A DNA stretch of 64,000 nucleotides from Octopus sinensis (taxonomy: Eukaryota): contig NC_043026.1 in NCBI RefSeq assembly GCF_006345805.1, positions 3,472,001-3,536,000 on the forward strand, written 5' to 3'. The position numbers and the translations under genes are program-made. Position 1 is the first letter of the stretch. Each line of letters starts with the position of its first letter. A model generated the notes under the pieces. That model was given only the letters and a program-made list of their open reading frames with translations. It did no database searches and was not told the origin of the DNA. Below, piece by piece: positions 25,695 through 38,903 of this stretch.

Positions 25695-28600
25695 ATGTGG
25701 AAGCAAGGATTAGAATCGAAGGGCCATAGAATCAACCTAGCCAAAACGAAAGTCCTAATAAGTAGGAAGGTAGACCAATCACAAACGCCTTCAAGTAGAT
25801 GGCCTTGCTCGATCTGTAAAAAAGGTGTAGGTAGAAACTCTATAAGGTGCACCAAGTTTAAGCTATGGACACATAAGAGGTGCAGCAATGTCAAAGGAAG
25901 GCTAACTAGGAAGATGGTTTTTGTATGTGGCAGATGCTCAGGAGCAATAAACACTGAAAATGTGCAGAGACCAACGTCTACCCTGTTCCAGGGAGAAAAA
26001 CTAGAAGTAGTTGATAGCTTCCACTACCTAGGTGACCAAGTCAGTAGCGGGGGTAGGTGTGCTGAAAGTGTAACTGCTAGAGTAAGAATAGCCTGGGCAA
26101 AGTTCAGAGAGCTCTTACCCCTCCTGGTGACAAAAGGCCTCTCGCTCAGAGTAAAAGGCAGACTGTATGATGCATGTGTACGAACAGCCATGCTACATGG
26201 TAGTGAAACATGGGCCGTGACTGCTGAGGATATGCATAAGCTCGCAAGAAATGAAGCCAGTATGATCCGATGGATGTGTAATGTCAGTGTTCATACTCGA
26301 CAGAGTGTAAGTACCTTGAGAGAAAAGTCGGACCTAAGAAGCATCAGTTGTGGTATGCAAGAGAGACGATTGCGCTGGTATGGTCATGTGACGAGAATGG
26401 CTGAAGATAATTGTGTGCAAAAGTGCCACACCCTAGCGGTTGAGGGAACCTGTGGAAGAGGTAGACCCAGGAAAACCTGGGACGAGGTGGTGAAGCATGA
26501 CCTTCGAACTTTAGGTCTCACAAAGGAAATGACTAGAGACTGAGACCTATGAAAGTATGCTGTGCGTGAGAAGACTAGTGAGACCATAACCCGTGGCCTC
26601 TACCTGGTATGTAGCCAGTCGACTGATACATACCTTTCCTTCTTGGGACACAAAACTCTACATGTGAAGACCTGTTGAGGCAAGTGAGAATCAGAATCAA
26701 AATCAAAATCAAACAAAATCAAATCAGATATCAGAAAGCAGAACCAAAATCGAAGTCGATCAACATCATCATCATCATCATCAACGTTTAACGTCCGTTC
26801 TCCATGCTAGCATGGGTTGGACGGTTCGACCGGGGATCTGAGAAGCCAGAAGGCTGCACCAGTCTCCGGTCTTATCTGGCAATGTTTCTACGGCTGGATG
26901 CCCTTCCTAACGCCAACCACTCCGGGAGTGTAGTGGGTGCTTTTTACGTGCCACCTGCACTGGAGCCAGGCGAGGCTGGCATTGGCCACGGTCGGATTGG
27001 TGCTTTTTACGTGCCACCGACACGGAAGCCAGTCGAGGCGGCGCTGGCAACAGCCACAATTCGGATAGTGCTTTTTACGTATCTCCAGTCCAGGGGTCCT
27101 GGCATCTGCCAGGTGCCAGTCATAGGATTGGTGGTTCAATTTCGATTCCAATTTCGATTTCACTTGCCCCAACATGTCTTCGCAAGCAAAGGGGGGTAGG
27201 CGTAGGTGCCTGTCATCGGATGAGGTTCGATATCGACTTCGCTTGCCTCAACAGGTCTTTGTGTGTCCATGGGAGGAAAGGCATGCATAAGTGGGCTGGA
27301 CTCACTTGTCCTGCCTGGTCTTTTCATGCACAGCATTTTTCCAAAGGTCTCGGTTGCAAGTCATTTCCTCAGTGAGACCTGAAGTTCAAAGGTCGTGCTT
27401 CACCACCTCAGCCCAAGTTTTCCTGGGTCTACCTCTTCCACGGGTTCCCTCCACTGCTAGGGATTGGCACTTTTTCACACACCTATCTTCATCCATTCTC
27501 GCCACATGACCATACCAGCGCAATCGTCTCTCTTGCACACACAACTGATGCTCCTTAAGTCCAACATTTCTCTCAGGGTACTAACGCTCTGTCGAGCATG
27601 CACACTGACATTACACATCCATCGGAGCATACTGGCTTCATTTCTCGCGAGCTTACATGTCCTCAGCAGTCACGGCCCATGTTTCACTGCCATGTAGCAT
27701 GGCAGTTCGTACACATGCATCATACAGTCTGCCTTTTACTCTGAGCGAGAGCCTTTAGTCACACAGCAGAGGTAAGAGCTCCCTAAACTTTGCCCAGGCT
27801 ATTCTTACTCTAGCCGTTACACTTTCACACACCCACCCCCACTACTGACTTGGTCACCAAGATAACGGAAGCTATCAACTACTTCTAGTTTTTCTCCCTG
27901 GAAAGTGACGGAAGTTGTTTTCTGCAGATTTCAGAGGTTAATGCTCCCGAGCATCTGCCACATACAAAAACAATCTTCCCAGTTAGCCTCCTTTGACATT
28001 GCTGCACCTCTTATGTGTCCATAGCTTACACTGGGTACATCTTATAGAGTTTCTACCTACACCTTTTCTACAGATCGAGCAGGGCCATCTTCCTGAAGAA
28101 ATTTGTGGATTTTCTACCTTCCTACTTATTAGTACTTTGGTTTTAGCTAGGTTGACTCTAAGGCCCCTCGATTCTAGACCCTCCTTCCACACCTGGAACT
28201 TCTCCAATTCTGATAGTGACTCAGCAATTATAGCAAGGTCGTCAGCATATAGGAGCTCCCAGGGGCAACCTATCTTGAATTCCTCCGTAATTGCCTGGAG
28301 GACTATGATAAATAGGAGGGGGCTGAGTACTGAACCCTGGTGGACCCCAACCTCTACTTTTAATTCTTCTGTGTACATGTTGCCAACCCTAACCTTACTT
28401 ACGGCATTCCTGTACATGGCTTGCACAGCCCTCACCAGCCATTCATCTATCCCTAGTTTCCTCATTGACCATCAGATAAGGGATCGAGGGACCCTGTCAA
28501 AGGCTTTCTCCATGTCAACGAAAGCCAGGTACAGGGGCTTATCTTTGGCTAGGTATTTCTCCTGCAGCTGTCTCACCAGAAATATAGCATCAGTGGTGCT

Positions 28601-29508
28601 TTTCCCTGGGACAAACCCAAACTGCATCTCATCTAAACTAACTCTCTCTCTAATCAGTTGGTCTATGACCCTCTCTGTGACCTTCATTACCTGATCCAAC
28701 AGCTTGATACCTCTGTAATTATTTGTATCTAGGGCGTCTCCTTTACCTTTGTAGCAGTTGACTAGTATGCTGCTACACCAGTCATTGGGTATGACTCCTT
28801 CGTGCATCACCTGGTTAACTATACGGGTGACTAGGTTATAGCCGACACTGCCAGATATTATGAGCATCTCTGCAGTAATTCCTGATGGGCCTGGGGCTTT
28901 CCCTGTCTTCATGCTTCTAATTGCCTTAACTACCAAGGAACTGTCAACTGGGATGGCTGGTCCCTCTGTTGGGTTGACATTCGGCAGACTCTCCTTATCC
29001 CATTCATTTTCTTTATTCAGCAACCTTTCATAGTGGCATCTCCAAACCTCTCTCTTTGCATCCTCATTTAGCACAAGTGAACCATCATCCATGCGAACAC
29101 ATTTCTCTCCTGGAAATTGCAGCTGTGATACCAGTGCCGGTGACAAGTAAGCGAACCATCCGATCATAGCCGTTGCCAGCCCGCCCCGACTGGCCTCCAT
29201 GCCAGTGGCACGTAAAAAGCACTATCCAATCGTGGCCATTGCCAGCCTCACCTAGCCCCCGTGCCGGTGGCACGTAAAAAGCACCATCCATCCATGGCCG
29301 TTTGCCAGCTCCGTCTGGCACCTGTGCGGTTGGCACGTAAAAAGCACCCACTACACTCACGGAGTGGTTGGCGTTAGGAAGGGCATCCAGCCGTAGAAAC
29401 ACTCCCAGATCAGACTGGGCCTGATGCAGCCTTCAGGCTTCACAGACCCCAGTTGAACCGTCCAACCCATGCTAGCATGGAAAGTGGACGCTAAATGATG
29501 ATGATGAT
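25695..29508 (+). mobile_element. RTE LINE X (25695-26768 and 29111-29508), split by a nested insertion
   Basis: ORF 25695-26543 is the RTE RT C-terminus; its 3' UTR stops at caacatca and resumes at tggaaattgcagc. Confidence 0.85.
26767..29110 (-). mobile_element. RTE LINE Y, antisense, nested in X
   Basis: QFGFVPGKST, DMEKAFD, HQGSVLSPLLF, LLYADD in ORFs 29200-27983; own (GAT)n tail at 26767. Confidence 0.9.
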
Positions 29509-30230
29509 ATATATATACCTTCACATACCCATGTATAAATATTTGTGTCTATGTGTGTTTATAGATATGAATCAATGAACGACAAAAGAACAAGAGTTAC
29601 ATAGACACCTTCATTAGCTTCCAGCTGTTTCTGCTACAGGGAGCAGTGAACTCGAGCTGAGTGTGTGTGCGCATAGGTGTCTGTGCATTTGTTTATGTTT
29701 GCAATCTGTTTTAAGTTGCTCCAAACAGAAACATCTGTCAACCAATCACACCCACCTTGGAAGACATGGGAAATAAGAACTTTTGTTCTTGCAAAATAGG
29801 AAGGCTGTCTGCCTGTAAAACAAGGCTACAATAATATATTCATCTAACCCATGCTAGCATACAAAGTCAGATGTGCAATCAAACATAAGTAAACCCATGT
29901 TTATTCATTCATATACTCTTATGCATGCATAAACACACACACACACGTGTATGTGTGCATCTGGTGTTAAGAAGATCATCCAGCCGTAGAAATCTTGCCA
30001 AATCTTTCATTGCAGCTCAGCAATGTCCTCTGGTTCACTGCTTCCTCGTCAACTGTCCTCCCCATGCCAGTTAGGGAAAATGGATGTCAAAACCTTTATA
30101 ATACATCAGATGATGTATTTTCTTTTCTGTATTTTCCTTCTCATAATCTTGTTTTGTTTCTTGCCAGGTTCTTGTGAGTCCCACTCAGTCAAGTCTGTGA
30201 CTACACTCGATGAGGCTCACCAATCCTCAC

Positions 30231-30311
30231 CTGGTTTCAAGCAAGAGAATATTTCCCCAAGTTCTTCCAACATGAACAGCACAATGGTTGGATATGTTTT
30301 CTGGTGGAACA
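30231..30311 (-). CDS. Candidate internal exon (81 nt; FHQKTYPTIVLFMLEELGEIFSCLKP in phase 1)
   Basis: gtttgtttgcag acceptor, gtgagg donor; two frames are open. Confidence 0.35.
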
Positions 30312-30664
30312 CTGCAAACAAACGACTCTGTTTATGTGACGTGACATTTGTTTATAATTAGCAGCAGATGTCAAGACAAGGAGACATGAGCAGACATATG
30401 CACACACACACACACACACACACACTTACATGCAACACATACATGTACAAATGTAGATATGCATACATGAATATACACACACATGTATATACCATAGGAT
30501 TTATCAGTTCCATGTACGAAACCCACTCACAAGGCTTGAGTCAACCTGGAACATTAGAAGAAGATAATTCTTTAAGGTGCTGCAAAGTGGGACTGAACCT
30601 GAGACCACAAGGTTCTGAAGTGAGTTTCTTAACATACAGCCATGCCCCCAAATTTTTTTGGTAA

Positions 30665-30764
30665 NNNNNNNNNNNNNNNNNNNNNNNNNNNNNNNNNNNN
30701 NNNNNNNNNNNNNNNNNNNNNNNNNNNNNNNNNNNNNNNNNNNNNNNNNNNNNNNNNNNNNNNN
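30665..30764. other. Assembly gap (100 N)
   Basis: Run of exactly 100 n; true length unknown. Confidence 1.
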
Positions 30765-31168
30765 TTGTTTCTTTCAGATTTTGGGAACACCAAGATTTCT
30801 GAAGAAAGATGTTGCAGGCCGTCAGCCTCCCATGAGCCCCTTCAGCAGTTTACCTGGCAGGGGAAACCACATCAATCAGCATAGATGATTCTACACTATG
30901 TCTAAGAAACTCCTCCAAGACAGATTCGAAAGAATTGGAAAGTGGTGGAATTTTTTTTTTTTCTGGTTTTTTTCCCCCCCCGCTTTTTTCGTTTTGGCTT
31001 TTTTTTTTTTTTTTTCATTTATTTGTGAAATACAAAATATAAGAATACAATATTTCTCGCATGATTAAGCACTCACTCAGCCAATAAATAGGCAACAAGT
31101 ACATTTTCAGCAACTGCCATAACTTAGCAAGCACTAACGGCAAGTATGAACTAAGTGTGTGTGTGTGT

Positions 31169-31480
31169 GCACCGATTTTGACTCAGGGTTGCAATTCTTC
31201 CTGGGCCAGTGTATCCAGTCTTCACGTTGTTTACCTTTGTGTGCCATAGCACAGGGCCTGGAACTTACCTGCATTAAACTGCATGTTTGTTTGTCCTCAG
31301 CCCACCTGTATATTGTGTCCAGCTCATGTTGCAGATGCGCAATATTTTCAGGGTTTTGTATTGTGTGGGAGACTTTTTGTGTCATCTGCATAGCTAGCAA
31401 GGTGGTCATCGTAGCAACTGAAGGCATGTCTGAAAGGGCCAATCGTAGCAACTGAAGGCATGTCTGAAAGGGCCACTATA
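31169..31480 (-). repeat. Inverted (fold-back) duplication of the 5' part of the CR1-like copy
   Basis: Reverse complement of 31496-31773 with an extra ~34-bp internal duplication; AT-rich spacer. Confidence 0.9.
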
Positions 31481-31495
31481 TATATAATATATATG

Positions 31496-32540
31496 TATAG
31501 TGGCCCTTTCAGACATGCCTTCAGTTGCTACGATGACCACCCTTGCTAGCTATGCAGATGACACAAAAGTCTCCCACGCAATACAAAACCCGGAAAATAT
31601 TGCGCATCTGCAACATGAGCTGGACACAATATACAGGTGGGCTGAGGACAACAACATGCAGTTTAATGCAGGTAAGTTCCAGGCCCTGTGCTACTGGCAC
31701 ACAAAGGTAAACAACGTGAAGACTGGATACACTGGCCCAGGAAGAATTGCAAACCCTGAGTCAAAATCGGTGCATGACCTGGGCATTGACATGAGCAATG
31801 ATGCATCTTTCCAAATGCATATTGCTAATCTGGTGATAAAATGCAGACGGCTAGCTGGATGGATTCTCCGAACTTTCAGAACAAGAGAGAAGGAGACACT
31901 GATGGTCCTATGGGAAACATTCGTCCTCAGCCGCTTGGACTACTGCTCCCAACTTTGGTCACCACACAATATAAAACTAACAACAGAACTCGAAGCAACT
32001 CAGAGAAGCTACACAAAGAAAATCGTCTCAATGCAAAATATCAGCTACTGGGAAAGACTGAAGGTATTAAACCTCTTCTCCCTAGAGCGGAGGCAGGAGA
32101 GATATGCGGTGATATACATCTGGAAAATCCTGGAGGGTCTTGTCCCAAACTTTGGCATTCAAAGTTACTCCAACCGCAGAACTCCAACCACTGCATGGTG
32201 CCAAGGATTCCAACATCACCATCAAAATACAGGTCCAGATACTGCAACAGCTTGGGTTTCAGAGGACCACAGCTCTTTAACATCCTCCTTAAATGCCTGA
32301 GAGACTTACATGGTGTGGATGTGGGTTTCTTTAAAACTAAACTGGATCTCTTCTTGTCGGGAGTCCCAGATAAGCCTACCTCACGACAGGAGACGCGGAT
32401 GCGGGCAGCAGCATCGAACTGCCTTGTTGATCAAGTGCCACGTATCAGAGGTGGATTCACAAATTAGTGTAGCTCATTCAGCGGTGGTGCCCCAGCATGG
32501 CCGTGGCCTTCGGGCTAAAACATTTTTAAGGATTTAAGGA
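31496..32540 (+). mobile_element. 5'-truncated CR1/L2-like LINE
   Basis: SYADDTK, WAEDNNMQFNAGKFQ, LDYCSQLWSP, SLERRQER; 3' end ccagcatggcc...(ttttaagg). Confidence 0.85.
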
Positions 32541-32668
32541 TATATATATATATGTATGTATGTGTATGTATATATGTATGTGTATGTATATATGTATGTG
32601 TATGTATATATGTATGTATGTGTATATATGTATGTGTGTATGTATGTATGTATGTGTATATATATATA

Positions 32669-32699
<31 letters not shown>

Positions 32700-32925
32700 A
32701 TGTGTATATATATATATATATGTATATTGGCAGGGCTGGCCTGCTAGGTAGCTGGCCAGAATGCTAGAAAAAGATCATCAACGATCAAACCACAAGGGAA
32801 ATTCTCTAGAGGAAGAATTCAGCGAGCGCCAGAACCAAATTTGGTGGGCAGGACATATGAAAAATTAAATAAAAAACAGACTTAAATGCATACTCGGTTT
32901 CGGTCTTAACAAAAGAATTACTTAC

Positions 32926-32956
32926 ATAATTCAAGTGTCCGTGACTTTTCATACAT
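32926..32956 (-). CDS. Candidate first coding exon (MYEKSRTLEL) of an unidentified - strand gene
   Basis: ATG at 32956, perfect gtaagt donor at 32925, non-repetitive CpG-containing context; no recognisable homology. Confidence 0.3.
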
Positions 32957-33607
32957 TCGGTCCTCGAGATGCAAACCGCAAGACTAACCCCAGCCCTCTG
33001 TGTCAAGACAGACACGTGCTTAGTCTTACTGATTACATCGGGAATAAAATTTCAAATGTCTTGCTCTGGCGCGCTAAGAGACTCCTGAAGCGAAGGGCTG
33101 CAGTGAATAATTCACTGCGGGTAATGCTTACAACTAGGGAACGTATTTATTTAAATATTTAAAAATTGAGGGAGATAAATTAATATTAATTTTAATATCA
33201 ATTTAAAACCAGTAGTCCAGCATTCAAAAAATCTGAGGCTTAGAGGGAAAAATAACGAAAGTTCACCCAGCATATGATTACTTGTGGACGCGTTTCTGGG
33301 TTAGTTAGATATATTCCTGTCATCAGCACAAAGATTTCCTTAAATTTAAATTTGAAAGCACTAAAATTTGAACATACCATGTGAAATGCAGTCCTGCTGC
33401 ATTTCACAAGGGATTTTTGGTCCCCTGAAGTCATCTTGCTTCACAACTCAACCTACCTTTTTTTTGGCTGTAAATTTTGGGTTAGAAAAATTCAATTTGA
33501 ATCCCAGAAAATATGGTGAAGCTAATTCCTGTCTGAAACCTAAAACATCTCTCTCGAATCTCTTAAGCATCACCTTCACTATGTTTTCTTATTTGCATCT
33601 GTTCCAG

Positions 33608-33799
33608 TTCCCAGTTGTCATATTCTCAGTGCCAGCCCAGTGGAACCGTCTAAGAAGAATGCATCAAAATGGACCTTGAAGGTTGATTACATAAAGTTCA
33701 CAGGCGAGATGTCTTTGAAAACGTCTACAACATTGTTGCAGGGATCAAAAGAAAATTGCCAGTCTGCTGCCTCTGATATAAATACGCTGGTCAAGTCCT
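33608..33799 (+). CDS. CERK-like exon (N-terminal region: PSCHILSASP...DINTLVKS)
   Basis: Acceptor tctgttccag, donor gtaagt, 192 nt open; phase-1 end joins next exon as L-PNRKKS. Confidence 0.7.
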
Positions 33800-36700
33800 G
33801 TAAGTTGAACTTTTATGTTTTCTTGGAGCAATGCCACTAAGCATTTTCTCAAATATGTTTATGTTTCTGCTAGCCTTTAGAAAGCGTTTGATAATTTTTT
33901 AAAATTTAGGTAGAAGGCCTGAATACACACGCAAGCATGTACCTGACTCATACATTGTTCGCTTTCCAGACATTTGTACATTACTGCTAATGCAGACACC
34001 CATAAAATTATTAATTATAAAATTATGGCAGACCCCCATAAAATTATCAACCATCTTACCAACAATAACTCTGAGCACCTTTTCAAACTCCACCTGTCTA
34101 ACACCCATGGACATGTTTACAAAGTAAGAAAACAGCACAGCTCCCATGACTTTCGGAAACATTTTTTCATGCTAAAAGTTGCTGGAGCATGGAACAAACT
34201 GCCAGCATCAGTTGTTAGTTGTCGGAGCACTGCATCCTTCAAAACTTCCATGCTTTCTGAGATTCGCCAACACTACACCTGATTTTCTCCCCTCCATACA
34301 CACACAAGCATGTATCTGACTCATACACTGTTCACTTCCCAGACATTTGTACATTACTGCATATACTTTATACGCACTTTTGACAAGTTGTGGTGCACCA
34401 GAGCCATGTGCTGAGAGGAATTCTTTGGGGTTTGAATAATTCACCTCTGGAAACATAGGTGTTTCGATCAATATCCTTAAACAACCCTTATTCAGGGACC
34501 TTTTGAGCAGGATGGGTTAGTCGACCTGAAAAAAATTCTAACTGGACCCCACCTGCAAGGTCGTGCATTGTTTATCTTGATATGATCTCACCATGACGCG
34601 CACATATGGTTGTGATGTATGTGCCTGGTGTACCATTATCAGATGGGTAGTCATGATGGGTATACTGGGCTTTGTATATTTTACCCCAGTGTCACTTTGA
34701 TGGCATGCACTGCTCTCTCACACAATAATAGTAATATTAATAATAATAACATCGTTAAACAACCCTTATTCAGGGACCTTTTGAGCAGGATGGATTAGTC
34801 GACCTGAAAAAAATTCTAACTGGGCCCCCACCAGCAAGGTCGTGCACTGTTTGTCTTGATATGATCTCATCATGCTGCGTACATATGGTTGTGATGTATG
34901 TGCCTGGTGTACCATTATCAGATGGGTAGTCATGATGGGTATACTGGGCTTTGTATATTTTACCCCAGTGTCACTTTGATGGCATGCACTGCTCTCTCAC
35001 ACAATAATAGTAATATTAATAATAATAATATCGTTAAACAACCCTTATTCAGGGACCTTTTGAGCAGGATGGATTAGTCGACCTGAAAAAAATTCTAACT
35101 GACGCACACATATCATTGTGATGCATGTGCCTAATGTACCCTTATCTAATGGGTAGTCATGATGGGTATACTGGGCTTCGTATATTTTACCCCAGTGTCA
35201 CTTTGATGGCAATAATAATAATAATAAATTTTTTTTATTGGCCACAAGGGCTGACAAATATGATTGGAAAACATAAAGGGACAAAACAGGATGAAAGGTT
35301 ACAAAGGGTTTTGTCCGTTTGTGAAAAAAAAAACAAGTAAAAAGCAGTTTAACAATCAAAAATTTTAACAACGAAAAACTCCCAATAGAGGAGACGCTTC
35401 GAAAAAAGAAAAGGTCTCATGTGGAAAAACCCATAAAAGCCACGGGAGCCTGGTCAAAAGTGGGGGTAGAGAGCCCCTTTCTCCTTTTATAATACCTTTT
35501 TCAATTACAGGCGAAACCTCAGAATTGGTCCTGTAGCAACATATAATAATATATAAAAGTCAAGTTGTGTGTCTATCTCCTAAGATTTAGATTCCTAACT
35601 ACTCCCACATTTTGCGGTGCAGTTTAACCAAAACTGGGTATCTTATAGTCGTGATTCATATCGAGCCCTTCTGGGTATTAGCGCGCGTCTACGATGAGTC
35701 TACGATTAAAAAAAAAATTTACCATAATTTTTTTCCATTTTAATGCGTGCTAATAAGGGAAGTAACTCTCTAAAAATGTCTTCGATGAGTCAACGATTTA
35801 AAAAAAAATTTACCATCATTTGTTTTCCATTTTTAATGCATTTTTTTGCTTTTTTTTGCTATAACTCTCTAAAAATGCTTATATAGTTATTTCCCTTACA
35901 AACACAAGCAACGCCAGGCGATACTGCTAGTATATATATATATATATTTGTTTTATCGTTAATAACAGTGCCAAACCGAAAGAAAAGCCTTCTTGTGATA
36001 GTGAACCCTGTCAGTGGTCGAAAGAAAGGGTTAAAAACTTGCCAGAAAATCCTGCCCTTTTTTGAGCTGGCCAATATAAAGACTGAAGTGATTGGTAAGT
36101 TTTCCTTTTGGTATCTTTTAAATTTACTACACAGGAGTGGCTGTGTGGTAAGTAGCTTGCTTACCAACCACATGGTTCCGGGTTCAGTCCCACTGCGTGG
36201 CATCTTGGGCAAGTGTCTTCTACTATAGCCCTGGGCCAACCAATGCCTTGTGAGTGGATTTAATAGGCGGAAACTGAAAGAAGCCCGTCATATATATGTG
36301 TACGCAGGCGCAGGAGTGGCTGTGTGGTAAGTAGCTTGTTTACCAACCACATGGTTCTGGGTTCAGTCCCACTGCGTGGCACCTTGGGCAAATGTCTTCT
36401 ACTATAGCCTCAGGCCGACCAAAGCCTTGTGAGTGGATTTGGTAGACAGAAACTGAAAGAAGCCCGTCGTATATATGTATGCGCAGGAGTGGCTGTGTGG
36501 TAAGTAGCTTGTTTACCAACCACATGGTTCCTGGTTCAGTCCCACTGCGTGGTATCTTGGGCAAGTGTCTTCTACTATAGCCTCGGGCTGACCAAAGCCT
36601 TGTGAGTGGATTTGGTAGACGGAAACTGAAAGAAGCCTGTCGTATATATGTATATATATATATATATAAGTGTGTGTGTCTGTGTTTGTCCTCCTAGCAT

Positions 36701-38866
36701 TGCTTGACAACCGATGCTGGTGTGTTTACGTCCCCGTTACTTAGCGGTTCGGCAAAAGAGACCGATAGAATAAGTACTGGGCTTACAAAAGAATAAGTCC
36801 CGGGGTCGAGTTGCTCGATTAAAGGCGGTGCTCCAGCATGGCCGCAGTCAAATGACTGAAACAAGTAAGAGAAAAGAATAAAGAATGTGAGTGCCATGGT
36901 GGGAGTGACGATAGTAATAGTAGTAGTAGTAGTGGTGGTGGTGGTGGCAGTGGTAGTGATGGTGGTCATGCTGGTGATGATGGCAGTGGTGGTGGTGGTG
37001 GTGGTGCCAGTAGTGGTGATGGCGATGATGGTGGTATTGGTAATAGTAGTCTTGGAGGTGGTGACTTGTTGCAGTTGTGGCATTAATATTCTTTATTATT
37101 GTTTGTTGTTGTGGTGGCAGTAGGCTTGGTAATTGTGATCAGGGTGTTACAGTGGTTATTGTTGTTGTGGCCATTGCCAGCCTCGCCTGGCCTCCGTGTC
37201 GGTGGCACGTAAAAAGCACCATCCGATCGTGGTCATTTGCCAGCCTCGTCTGGCACCTGTGCAGGTGCCATGTAAAAAGCACCATCCAATCGTGGCTGTT
37301 GCCACCCTCGCCTGGCCCCCATGTCGGTGGCATGTGAAAAGCACCATCCGATTGTGGCCGTTGCCAGCCTCACCTGGCCTCCGTGTCGGTGGCACGTAAA
37401 AAGCACCATCCAATCATGGCCATTGCCAGCCTCGCCTGGCCTCTGTGTCGGTGGCACGTAAAAAGCACCATCCGATCGTGGTCATTTGCCAGCCTCGTCT
37501 GGCACCTGTGCCGGTGGCATGTAAAAAGCACCCACTACACTCACGGAGTGGTTGGCGTTAGGAAGGGCATCCAGCCGTAGAAACACTGCCAGATCAGACT
37601 GGAGCCTTGGTGCAGCGTTCTGGCTTCCCAGACCCCAGTTGAGCCATCCAATCCATGCTAGCATGGAAAACAGACGTTACACGATGATGATGTAGTGGTG
37701 GTGGTGGTGGTGATAGTGGATGTGGTGGTGATGGCAGTAGCAATGGTGGTTGTAGTAGCAATGCTCGTCATGGTGGTGTTGTTGGCGATGGTGGTCATGG
37801 TTGTCATTTTTATGATACTGGTTCTTGTTATCATCATCATACATCCGCTTTTCATGCTGTCATGGGTTGGATGATTTGACTGAGGGCTGCACCAGGCTCC
37901 AGTCTTGATCTGGCAAAGTTTCTACAGCTGGATGCCCTTCTAACGCCAACCACTCTGACAGAAATAACAGCAAACAGGTCACGAACTGGCAGAAATGTTA
38001 GGACACCGGGTGAAATGCTTAGCGGTATTTCATCTGTCTTCAAGTTCTGAGTTCAAATTCCGCCAAGGTCGACTTCGCCTTTCATCCTTTCGGGGTCGAT
38101 AAATTAAGCATCCAGTTACGTACTGGGTTCGATGTAATCGACTTAATCCCTTTGTCTGTCCTTGTTTGTCTCCTGCAATTCATTCCCTACACTCTTGATC
38201 TATCCTTGTTTGTCCCCTCTATGTTTAGCCCCTTGTGGGTAGTAAAGAAATATATTTTCCCCTCTTCATCTATCAGTATGGCCACTGTCCAGTGGGCTAA
38301 ACTCCTTAAACAGTATCCAGCTGTAGAAACACTGCCAGATCAGACTGGGCCTGGCGCAGCCTTCTGGCTTCCCAGACCCCAGTTGAACCGTCCAACCCAT
38401 GCTAGCATGGAAAACAGACGTTAAACGATGATGATGATAATGATTACTATTATCATTATTATTATTATTATTATTATCGGAGGCGCAATGGCCCACTGGT
38501 TAGGGCAGCGGACTCGCGGTCGTAGGATCGCGGTTTCGATTCTCAGACCGGGCGTTGTGAGTGTTTATTGAGCGAAAACACCTAAAGCTCCACGAGGCTC
38601 CTAAAGCACCACCATCCCTGCTGTACTCTTTCACCACAACTTTCTCTCACTCTTACTTCCTGTTTCTGTTGTAGCTGTATTTCAAGCCTTGTCACTCTCT
38701 GTTTCACGCTGAATATCCCCGAGAACTACGTTAAGGGTACACGTGTCTGTGGAGTGCTCAGCCACTTATACGTTAATTTCACGAGCTGGCTGTTCCGTTG
38801 ATCGGATCAACCGGAACCCTCGTCGCCGTAACCGACGGAGTGCTTCCACCATTATTATTATCATCA

Positions 38867-38903
<37 letters not shown>

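Noticed and set aside
30168-30361. + strand exon of the kinase (strong acceptor at 30167)
   Set aside because: No good phase-1 donor to connect to 33608; left unassigned, could be a terminal exon of something else.
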